From positions 1-33,010 of the forward strand of contig NIVC01003491.1 in NCBI GenBank assembly GCA_002269645.1: a stretch of DNA of 33,010 bases. The letters run 5' to 3'. Position 1 is the stretch's first letter, and every line of letters starts with the position of its first letter. The DNA comes from Macrostomum lignano (taxonomy: Eukaryota). The notes beneath the pieces were generated by a model. It saw nothing but the letters and a program-made list of their open reading frames with translations. It had not been told where the DNA came from and did not search any database. Positions 21,198 to 32,856 of the stretch are shown here, piece after piece. Made by a program: the position numbers and the translations under genes.

Positions 21198-22302
21198 TCT
21201 GCAGATTTAACGGTTTCTTTTCAAACATATTGTTTTCCACTCTTTCTACACGGTGAAAATAGAGTTTGTAGGGATTTCTCCCCCCCCCCTAGGGAGTAAA
21301 CTGAGCTAAGATCTGGAATCGATTTTCCAAAATTTTCTACGCTCAAAGGCAGTGCAGTGCGTCTTGAGCCTCACTCTTGGCTGAACTTGTGCAGTGGGGT
21401 GGCTTATTACTAAACCTATTTATGGCCATGATTCTGAAGCAGATCAGGATGCTAAACTCTGGAACCCGTCGGTTTTCGCTACAAAAATGCTTACGTTGTT
21501 AAATTTCAAATGAAGCAATTAGCATGCTTTTTTGTACGCGGTGCACTCAGAGGTTTATCAAGCCATTTATTCATAAAATGTTTCTGTGAAGACCTTCTAA
21601 CACGCAAAGTTTCAGCAAAAATTCAGTCCTTTTTTGCCTCTTTTCTCAATCGATTATATACTGGCCAAACCCCATTAATATCAATAGAAGCATACTTGCA
21701 GGGAAGCGGTTTAACAGCTAGTTAGATCTATCGTGTCTCCTGCTGGATTCATCTGCAAAAGTCTAATTGCCGTTTATGGTCGTAGAAACCATTATTACAA
21801 TTGATTGCTCAATGGGAGTCGAGTAGGCATTAAATTCCAAGCTTCCATCGGGACCGCGCAACCAACGCCCGGAGGCCGGAGATCGGGCCATAATTAAATG
21901 CAGCCCGGGCAGTTTTTCGAGGCAATTTTCTTTTAAAACAAATTTTCTAACCCTGTGTCTGTCGTTCTCTTTCGAAAAAAATAATTGTTGGCTACCAACT
22001 GCCGCCACTGGTGATAGCTGCAGCCGAGCCACTTCCGACAGAAACACACGAAGATGAATTGATACACGTAGCTGCACTACTGTTGCGGCCCCAGCAATGG
22101 GAAGCTCTATGGGAACCCAGCGATAGTCCCTCGTGGGAGAGACGATCGGCTCTCGTGAGCAAATGGCGGCTAAGATACGGGATGCAAATTTTTGTTATAA
22201 ATTGATAAATGGAGCTTTTAAACGGGACAGAGCATGACCACTGGGCACGAGCCGAAAATTCTAGCAGATTATTTTCGAAGTCCTTCTCATCAGACAGAAA
22301 CA

Positions 22303-22895
22303 ATGGCCGATCAGCAGGAACTCATGGACATCTTCGACCAGATGGACCGAGACGGAGACCGAATTCTGACTAAAGCGGAGATCTCCAGCTTTTTACTGAG
22401 TCGCAACTTCAACAAGAAGTTTATTGAGGTTTGTAAAAATTTTATATTTTACTCAAAATTTTGTCAACAATTAAATATGTTAAACATTAACTTACACAGG
22501 AGTTCTTAGCAACTTTTGACAGTGACAGCGATGGACGAGTTACGGAGGCCGAGTACCGGCAGAAGCTGGGCCTGATGCCAAGTGGCGAGAAGAAGTGAGT
22601 TCTTTTTGGCTGAATGTCTCATTGGTTTCATTGTTTGTTATACTTTTCGCACTCAATTTGAACTGTAATGTCCTCCTCCAGCTACTCAAAGTGGTACCAG
22701 ATCTTCCAAAAGTTCGACAAGGATGGGTCCGGCTTTATAGACGAGCACGAGCTGCCGCAGCTCATGGTGGAGATCGGCAGCAAGACCACGTACAGTCCGG
22801 AGCAGTTCCGCAGGTGGATCGCCGAGCACGACGCCAACAAGGACGGCAAGATCAGCTACCCGGAGTTCCTCAACTGGGTGCGCGGAGCCAAGTGA
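22303..22895 (+). CDS. 4-EF-hand calmodulin-like calcium-binding protein A, join(22303..22428,22500..22594,22682..22895), 144 aa
   Basis: Spliced ORF MADQQELMDIFDQMDRDGDRILTKAE...FDSDSDGRVTEAE...FDKDGSGFIDEHE...HDANKDGKISYPEFLNWVRGAK. GT-AG introns of phase 0 and 2. TATAAA at 22196-22201; AATAAA at 23149. Confidence 0.93.
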
Positions 22896-23285
22896 TGGTG
22901 CAGCATACTGGAGCCAAGTATTTTTTTAGTTTTCGATACGGCTACTCTTGGAACTGCATCCCCCCATTCGCATCTCTGTTTGCTTCTTCCTTACTCGGAG
23001 TTAAACTGCAAAATCCACAGTTTTAATTCTGTTTTATTTTAGCTTTTCTCCAGCATGCGCTACTCAATAACTCTGTTATACTGGATCAGGACTATTTGAT
23101 AGACAATTAGGTTCCATATTATTTGCGCCATGTTTATAAATTTGTTATAATAAATAAAACTTATTAGCTGAGTGCGAGTTGCGCCCCCGCATAGACATCT
23201 TTGCGGTCGAATTCGAAAAAAACGTTATTTTTGTTTTACAAGATAGATGCCTAAAAAGTTATCTCGAATCAAAAAGTTTTCAGAA

Positions 23286-23358
23286 CACCCCAGGAGGGAC
23301 TCGAACCCTCAACCTCCGGATTAGAAGTCCGACGCGCTATCCATTGCGCCACTGGGGC
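23286..23358 (-). tRNA. tRNA-Arg (anticodon TCT), copy 3
   Basis: Identical 73-nt sequence with unrelated flanks; T5 terminator at + 23272-23276. Confidence 0.96.
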
Positions 23359-23916
23359 TCCCGACAGTTACAATAAGCGAAATCCCTTTTCAAAAGACTG
23401 CCTGCTCCCACATTGTAGGCAACCCATTGTGTGGGAGTTTAAGACTGTGATCGAGAACGGAGTTTAGAAAGACGACAAGGGGGGGCTGCAAAACTGTAAG
23501 CGTTTAGAATGCTCAGCTGTGCTCGGAAAACACATGTGCAAAAGTTTCACACGGGTGTGTTGCTACTCAGCTGAATGAGTCAGTGAATGAATTCAGTCCT
23601 TTACCCAAGAAGGCTCTCACGAGAATATAGCGCTTACTTGTTTGATTAATGCAATAAGACTTGATTCAAGTCAATAAAGTTGAATTTAAACCGTTTTAAT
23701 TCATGTTTTATTTCAATAATATTAAAAGAACAAAATGATTAACAAAATCGTCAATGCAGAGCTTTTGGGTGTTAAAATTTGATTGCAACAGCAAGACGTT
23801 AAGCAGAGTGTTTGCAATAAAAGAGTCAATGCATCCGGATACATTTTAAGAGCGATACAATTGGTTTGTCTGTGAGATCAGTAAAAACGATCAGTGTCTA
23901 GAATCGCTGCTGACTC

Positions 23917-24509
23917 TCAACTTCTGGGTCCTCTCACCCAGTTGAGAAACTCGGAGTAGCTGACTCTCCCGTCGGCATCCGAGTCGTGCTCGCGAATCCA
24001 GTTCTCAAAGTTGGACCGATTGTACTTGGTTGTGCTGCCGATCTCCTCCAGCACTTTCGGCAGCTCGTCAGCTTCGATGAAGCCTGAGCCGTCCTTGTCG
24101 AATGAATCGAACACGGTTTTCCAAGCCGAGTACCTGAATTTAGTTAAGATCGGTGCAATTATTTTGATTCCATAATTAGAATGGGCATCTCACAAAACGC
24201 CCAGAAGTTCTTACTCAACCTCCTGCGGCGGGATGAGGCCCAGCTTCTCCAGACACTCGTTCAGTGTCACCTTGCCATCGTTGTTGGAGTCGAAGTTAGC
24301 CAGAAAGGTCTAAAATATGATCGTTTTTAATTTTTAACTTCACTTTTAAAGCCTGTTTAATTTGTCTAAGCTTTCTTTACCTGGACAAAATCGGCATTGA
24401 AGCCCTTCTTTTTCACCAGGTAGTCGGTGAGCTCCTGCTCAGACAGAACTCCATCTCCATTGGCATCCATTGCTCGGAAAATTGACTCCATCTCTTCTAT
24501 GGTTGACAT
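23917..24509 (-). CDS. 4-EF-hand calcium-binding protein B, complement join(24509..24381,24309..24215,24133..23917), 146 aa
   Basis: MSTIEEMESIFRAMDANGDGVLSEQE...FDSNNDGKVTLNE...FDKDGSGFIEADE...HDSDADGRVSYSEFLNWVRGPRS. Same intron phases as gene A and the same 95-nt exon 2. Minus-strand AATAAA at + 23707-23712. Confidence 0.93.
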
Positions 24510-24947
24510 GATGCCGGTTCCGCTTTGCAAAGTTCGAAGTGTAAAACAGTGTAGTGTAGTAGTTTGGCTCAGCTACAGGAGGAATTAACTATTTGATGAG
24601 GCCAAGTTCGTGACACGCTGGAGTTGTAAATCCGACTATAAAACCAGCAAGCTACTGCGCGCACAGAAGCTTTGTGGTAGGGCAATTTATTTAATTCTCT
24701 CTTGCTGCTGAACGAGCTGCCATCTCATTGTGGCCCCATAGATGAGTTTGAATTGCGCAGTGTCTGATCTGCTGGTCCTGCTCCTACGAGCTCTGCTCTC
24801 CGTCTCTCTCTTTCTCTCCCTCCCTCATCTCTCAAAGCAGAGTGCCTAGTATTGAAAAGTAAACACTGTGGGAGCGCCGAGGGTGTGCAGAAATTTTAAT
24901 CGCGGCTCTAAACGGCATTGCCGCGTGCGCGCGCCTCCGTGCCCAGT

Positions 24948-24948
<1 letters not shown>

Positions 24949-25042
<94 letters not shown>
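24949..25042. repeat. (CT)47 dinucleotide microsatellite
   Basis: Direct reading. Confidence 0.97.
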
Positions 25043-25045
<3 letters not shown>

Positions 25046-26060
25046 GGGCTCTCAAGCTTTCAAGCAGCAGCGAGTATTTAGTTTGCTATGGCTAGCTGTA
25101 GCATTTTGCTCTCCTAAAAAACTGCTATTAGCATTAGCTAATTAGCAGAACTAATTTTTAATTCTGCTGATTAGAAGCATTCGACATTTCTATGCAAATT
25201 TATGGTAGACAATAAAAAACTTTACGGTAGACGGCTGTAAATCCCTACTGAAAGTGGGGAGAAAGGGATTTCATATAACAATGAAAGCATCGTCAGGTCT
25301 GAATATTGATTCGGTCAAGAGATTAATTATTGCGTGGACGAAGCCCGAGCTGGGAATACAGAGAAATAGTATAAGAACAACTTGTATACTCTATTATAAA
25401 AATTTTAAAATAGACGGATAACGGCGATATACCTCGGCCGAACGTTGGTGCAAGTTATGAGTACCCATTTGCGTCGAGAGGCGTCGGTTTTCTTAACGGT
25501 GATTCCCTGGAAGCCTAATGCGCCGACCTGGATGGAGAAAGTTATCGATTTCAGTCTCTTTATGTGGGAGCCCTTTCATTTACGAGTTTAAAAAAGTTTT
25601 TTTTCGTCACGCATGGATAACGGCTAAGAAATATACTCCCATAAACACCTTGTGGCTGTTTTGCTCAAGTCTCTGCCCCTAAGCACCAATTTTACCATAG
25701 ATAAGACTGTCACTCGGGCTTAAAGCCTACAGAAAGCATTACGTCAAGTACGCTCGTACCAGTATACCTCAGTTGCAACAAAAGCAATAATTTGGATAGA
25801 AAACTGTTATACTGTTTTAGCTTTTGCATTTCTATATTACGAGCTATTCTCAATTCTCATTCTTTAAGCCGCCAACCGTTATTATTCAGTCTCTATGCCT
25901 GAAATTTTCTCATCGATCAACAGCATAATTCAACACCAAAAACGCCAGAGAAGTAACCGTGCGAACCTTCGCACGCCTGCTTGGGGCCGCCCTTTAGCCT
26001 TCAATATAAGCGCGCCTTCCCTGGTGACACATCGAGTCGAAGCTCTCACCATCGGCAAGA

Positions 26061-26068
26061 TATAAATA
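26061..26068 (+). promoter_or_regulatory. TATA box candidate for EF-hand gene C
   Basis: TATAAATA, 185 nt upstream of the ATG at 26246, with no intervening ATG. Confidence 0.5.
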
Positions 26069-26245
26069 GAAGCAAAGTGGCACAACCCGGCAGCCAAAGT
26101 GGGCAACCAACACAACAGCTACCGACTTCCTCGGGCCGATTCAGGTGACATTAACCAGCGGGATCAGCCCATCGAGCCAAAGACTATTCGCACCGTCAGC
26201 CAGGAGCCCGAATCCAGCGTCGAACCAACTGAACCTCCGAGTGAC

Positions 26246-27626
26246 ATGGCCAACGAAGAAGAATTGATGAAGTTCTTTGACGAGTGCGACGTGGACGGAT
26301 CTGGCGAGATCACCTTGGCTGAGCTTAAGGAAGTTTTTGCCAATAAGAAGGTGGATGAAAACGCGCTTTCGGTAAGGACCTTGAAAAAGATTTCCTGTGT
26401 GTGATCGTATTTAATGTAAACAAGGTACTCGCAAAAACTGATTAATTTTTTTTGTGTTTTTCAGAGCTACATTGATTCTTTCGATCGCGACCAAGACGGC
26501 AAGATAAGTCGCGATGAGTACCGAAAGTCTCTAGGCCTGTTTCCGGAGAGCGAGAGAAAGTAGGTTTCTTGAATTGATGTTTGTTTTACTGCATCAATGT
26601 GTGCCTTTGCACGCGCTTATTAATAAGTCATACGAGGTCAGCAAAATCAAAGTAATGTAAATAAAAATTCTTTTTTCTACCGTATGAATGTACCCGCTCC
26701 TTGCGGGTGCAGCAATATTGTCCAGCTCATTTATTTCCCTCGGTATGAAAACAGTAAATTGAGGTTCCTGTATTTCCTTTTCGTGTTTATTCGGGTCCAC
26801 AAGTGCCTTACGCATGGTTGACAAGCAGAAATATAAGGTGTATATAAGGTGTATGGTGTGTTACGGTGTATATAAGGAACATACTCGTCGAAATAATTTA
26901 ACAGAAATGCCGTCGGCGCACGAAAGCACTCTGGGGGGGGGCAGGGGGTAATAAAAATCTGGAAATGAGTTTGTCACTTGCTATCTAAACAATTTTATGG
27001 CCGAAATATTCAAGTAGTTGGCAGGTCAAAGCAAGGAGACAGAAGGCGCCTATTCCAGCAACCCGCGAAGAGTAGCTTTGGATCAATGGCGGAAGGCCCT
27101 TTTCAAAAAGAAAGAAAGTGGCTCATCTAGTTTCGTGGACAAACCTAACAAGCCGTCCGATGTTCAAGGATGTCCGATGTTTAAGCTGCAGAAGAGGCAG
27201 AATTCTCTTTGAAGGTATCCCCAGAGGAACACCCGGAGGAACACTGCGGCGCATTGCATCCGTCGTTGTCAATGAGGATCGTGGTGATGGCTCCGATGTC
27301 TTTACTGTCGTGATTTAGCGAGTTGTGCTTGTTAAACAATGTTTGGCAGTCTCGTAAGTCTCGTAAGCACCTTATAAAATTAAAGCCGATTTACTCCAAC
27401 AAAACCCGACAGAGCGATGGCCTGGCGCGGAGTATTCGAGTCCTTCGATGCAAACGGCTCCGGCAAAATCAGCCGCGACGAGCTCGACGCCGTCCTGCGC
27501 GAGATGCACGGCGGCGACCACGGCTATGACGCGGAGGCGCTGCAGCGATTCCTACAGCAGAACGATAAGGATGGCGACGCGGAGCTGGATTATGAGGAGT
27601 TTCTCCAGTGGATTCGGCACAACTGA
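26246..27626 (+). CDS. 4-EF-hand calcium-binding protein C, join(26246..26371,26465..26559,27413..27626), 144 aa
   Basis: MANEEELMKFFDECDVDGSGEITLAE...FDRDQDGKISRDE...FDANGSGKISRDE...NDKDGDAELDYEEFLQWIRHN. Exon lengths 126/95/214 are identical to gene A. AATAAA at 27804-27809. Confidence 0.92.
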
Positions 27627-27890
27627 GGCGACGCATTATGCTATACGCCTAACATAAAACTTTCCTCCCTTATACACAGGATTGCCATATAACCATATAA
27701 CCATTCCGCTTTATTAGTTTTATTGATTTTGGCTTTTATCTATTTAGCAGCCGACATTATATTACGTTATGCTGCTCGTGCCTAATTCCATCAAAATTAA
27801 CTAAATAAACAGGCTAAATGTTCCCATTTAAAACTTTTCATTTACCTTCAATAGAAAAAACCTAGTGACGCTATTTTAACATCGCAACTC

Positions 27891-30004
<2,114 letters not shown>

Positions 30005-30470
30005 TTCTTATCTGTCTCTTTTTTAAAATACATGCTTGTCTCATTGTGCGTAATTCATAAAAAACGCAGCCGAAACAGCGAGTCCTTAAGAGCGTACTAC
30101 TAAATCAGTTAGGGACGGTGGACAGAAACCTTCCTCGTCACAAACTTAGATGATTTTTTATCGGCGTGACGTTAGAGTGCGTATGTATTATTATTTTTTG
30201 AAACGGCTTACACATTTCCCGACCGTCAAAGCAAGTTTGCAATGAGAATTGGAGCTCGTTACCCAACTTTTATAGTTGACCGAGCCCACGCGAAACGACC
30301 GTGGATAATTAAATGCGGAACGATTTCAAAGTAATTTTGCTTGGCGAAAAAAAATAATTGGCAAGAAGCCAGAGCGGAGAGCCTACGGACGGCTGATGAC
30401 CGAAATAGAAAAAAAAATTAGGAAAACAGAAACAAGCTTCCAGCTTCCAAGATGAAAGCTAATTACGAAG

Positions 30471-32343
30471 CTAACGCGGCCTGGAAGGCTGGCTAACGGA
30501 TTTGCACGCCTCGGTCAGGACAACGCGTGTTGTTACTGGGCGGCACTCCAGCGAGCTTCGCTGCTCAAGGCTTGGCTCTACAAACTGCTCCCCGATGATG
30601 TAGTGCGACATGGCGTGGCACTGAACTGAGTTCAACGGAGCTCCCGAGATGCTGCGATGCTCGACAGGTCGACCGCGAGTCTGCTGACGTCGACGACGAA
30701 GGCACTTCTGGATGGCGTCGCTCACGATGGACGCGCTGCTGCTCTTGTCCTCCTCATCGTCAGTTGTTGTGCAGCGGTCGATCTCCGAGTGGAACAGCGC
30801 CTGCTGCTGAAGCTGCTGCTGTTTTAAGCGGCGTTTTCGAATGCTGCGACCGCGGCTGCGCGACTGCTGGCTGAGCTGCAGCTGGCGGATGAGATCGTCT
30901 AGTGCGTCGGCGGTTCCGATGGCCTGCGTCAGCGGGCCGGAGCAGCCGTGGCGGTTCTGACGGGTGATTTGATTTCGGAGTTGGTTTTAAGGGCTGTCAT
31001 TTCATGTTCGGCATGTACCAACAAGTAGGTCAGGTAGTTAGCGCGTCTGACTCTTGGGTCAAAGTACCCAATGAACAGAGAATGTACACTGCTTGACGAT
31101 GAGCAGTCAGTGAAGCTGTGCACACTTGTGTGAGCAAGTGTCTGCGTACGTATCTGTGTGCGAGTTCTCAGAGGTCAGGTAAACAAGCATTCTTGTCTCG
31201 TAGTAGTCTGCATTACGAGCTACCAGTTGTAAATTTTAACAAACCTTGAGCAGCACCAGGGCAGCTGCAAGGGTTGACCGAAGCGACTCAACGTTGCACA
31301 GAATGCCGCGCATCAGAGCCCGAGTCAGTGCGCGACCTTCAGACGGATCGTTGAACACCGTAGCCAGAAGGTCGCGCAGAGCGCTCGTGTCCGATTTGAC
31401 ATCAGCATTTGGCGAATTTGCTGTTAGCGAAGACACCAGTGACTGCTTGGCAGATCTAGTCGACGACGGTCGCAGTCGCGGTGAAGCTGACAGAGGAGCT
31501 GGCGGCTCAGCCGATGAATTGTGCGGCGACAATTGCTGCGGTGGCTGCTGCTGTTGCCACGGTGTTGTTGAATGCGTCAGTGACTTCCGCTTGCTGTAGC
31601 AGCCGAAACACTGGGGGTTGTCATCATCAAGATACGAGTCAGCGTACTGAAGACTTGCGAACAATGATTTAGGAATGAGAATGTGGGGATTAATGAGAAT
31701 CTGAAAATGAAGTAGGATGTGGGAATGAGAGTGTGGGAATGTGGACGTGGGAATGAGGGTGTGGAAATGAGGACGTGGAAATGAGGATATAGGAATTAGG
31801 GAAGAGGATGTGGGAATGAAGGAGGGTGTGGGAATGAGGATGTGGAAACGAGGATGTACATGTAGGAGGAAGTTGTAGCCTAGTGGTTAGAGCATCGGGC
31901 TCACGGCTTGAAGGTAGGGGGGTTCGATTCTCGATCCCACTGGAACAATTTGTATCCCCTAGCAAGACACTTAACTCTGCATTGCTTCAGTTCACCCAGC
32001 TGTAAAATTCCCCTACAAGTAAAATGGCCTCGAATTAAATAATATAAAACAATGGATCTATGAAGCAATTGGTGCTCACATCAAAACCTTCGTGCCCGCA
32101 GCTCAGCGCTTCCAGCATGAGAAACGGCTCATCAGACGCGGATTCAGAATCTGTTTTGTCGTTGACGTCTTTGCATCTTTCGTTTCGCCGAGAATCTCCA
32201 ATAACTCGTCATCGTCATCCTGAGTACAGCTGGTCTCGCTGCTGATTGGACGGAAGATGGCCTGGGCTACGGAGCTTTGAGCGGCTGGAAGTCGCGGGTA
32301 AGAGGGCATTATGACGCAAAATTTGATCAACATTGGTAATCTT

Positions 32344-32379
<36 letters not shown>

Positions 32380-32428
32380 TACTACTACTACTACTTACTA
32401 CTACTACTACTATACTACTACTATACTA

Positions 32429-32492
<64 letters not shown>

Positions 32493-32493
32493 G

Positions 32494-32525
<32 letters not shown>

Positions 32526-32532
32526 GCTACTG

Positions 32533-32600
<68 letters not shown>

Positions 32601-32627
32601 TCCTACTACTACTACTACTACTACTAG

Positions 32628-32693
<66 letters not shown>

Positions 32694-32856
32694 ACTACTC
32701 CGCTACTCACCGAGTCTGTCACAGCACTCGGCTTCACCATACTGGTTTTTCTAGAGTCGCTAGCAACGCATTTGGCACTGGTAGGCACGATGGTATTCAA
32801 CCTGGCCAGGTGGTCCTCGACAATGTTAAGCTGCTGGAATGTCACCTCGCCTGCGG
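30471..32856 (-). CDS. 3' part of a multi-exon gene of unknown function. Better-supported exons: 31646..31245 and 30956..30471. Candidate upstream exons: 32856..32711 and 32284(or 32261)..32088
   Basis: GC-rich open frames bounded by splice sites. CTTCAG|TAC (31646) to AAG|GTTTGT (31245) is phase 0-0 and joins GTCAG|AAC (30956) in frame to a TAG at 30471, giving about 295 aa. There is a strong TCG|GTGAGT donor at 32711. The product is low-complexity (S/Q/R-rich) with no confident domain. Confidence 0.55.
31675..31860. repeat. Degenerate ~13-14-bp purine-rich repeat (GAGGATGTGGGAAT-like)
   Basis: About 12 imperfect units immediately upstream of the SINE, within an intron. Confidence 0.75.
31872..32027 (+). 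mobile_element. tRNA-derived SINE with CORE-like central domain
   Basis: A-box TAGCCTAGTGG (31876-31886) and B-box GGTTCGATTC (31921-31930) in a non-cloverleaf tRNA-like head. These are followed by TGTATCCCCTAGCAAGACACTTAACTCTGCATTGCTTCAGTTCACCCAGCTGTAAAAT, which resembles the recalled CORE/MIR consensus (GTGACCTTGGGCAAGTCACTTAACCTC...CTCAGTTTCCTCATCTGTAAAATGG). Confidence 0.75.
32344..32697. repeat. (CTA)n/(TAC)n trinucleotide microsatellite with single-base slips
   Basis: Direct reading. It starts (on the minus strand) about 13 nt after the splice donor at 32711. Confidence 0.97.

Larger units (their letters stand above)
18967..21242. repeat. Head-to-tail segmental duplication: copy 1 18967-19862, copy 2 19863-21242; each is unique flank + 26-bp array + tRNA-Arg
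   Basis: Both copies begin AGCCC(G/A)TGTACTTTAGGAAA and share CAGGACACCACTGCAGAATTTAATTCAGTAATCACGCTAGCGGATGGGG, the post-array spacer and the tRNA. Both end CAAACATATTGT(C/T)TTCCACTC. Confidence 0.93.

Noticed and set aside
22267-22293. Hammerhead-like CUGAUGA-GAAG/CUUC-GAAA on the minus strand just upstream of gene A
   Set aside because: Stem III has an A-A mismatch at 15.2/16.2 and no stem I can form after the AUC triplet.
30393-30405. CTGATGA-CC-GAAA hammerhead core words
   Set aside because: There is no room for stem II and no NUH with stems I and III.
31872-31945. Functional tRNA-Val(CAC) gene
   Set aside because: The acceptor and anticodon stems do not pair and a CORE-like body follows, so it is called as a SINE.
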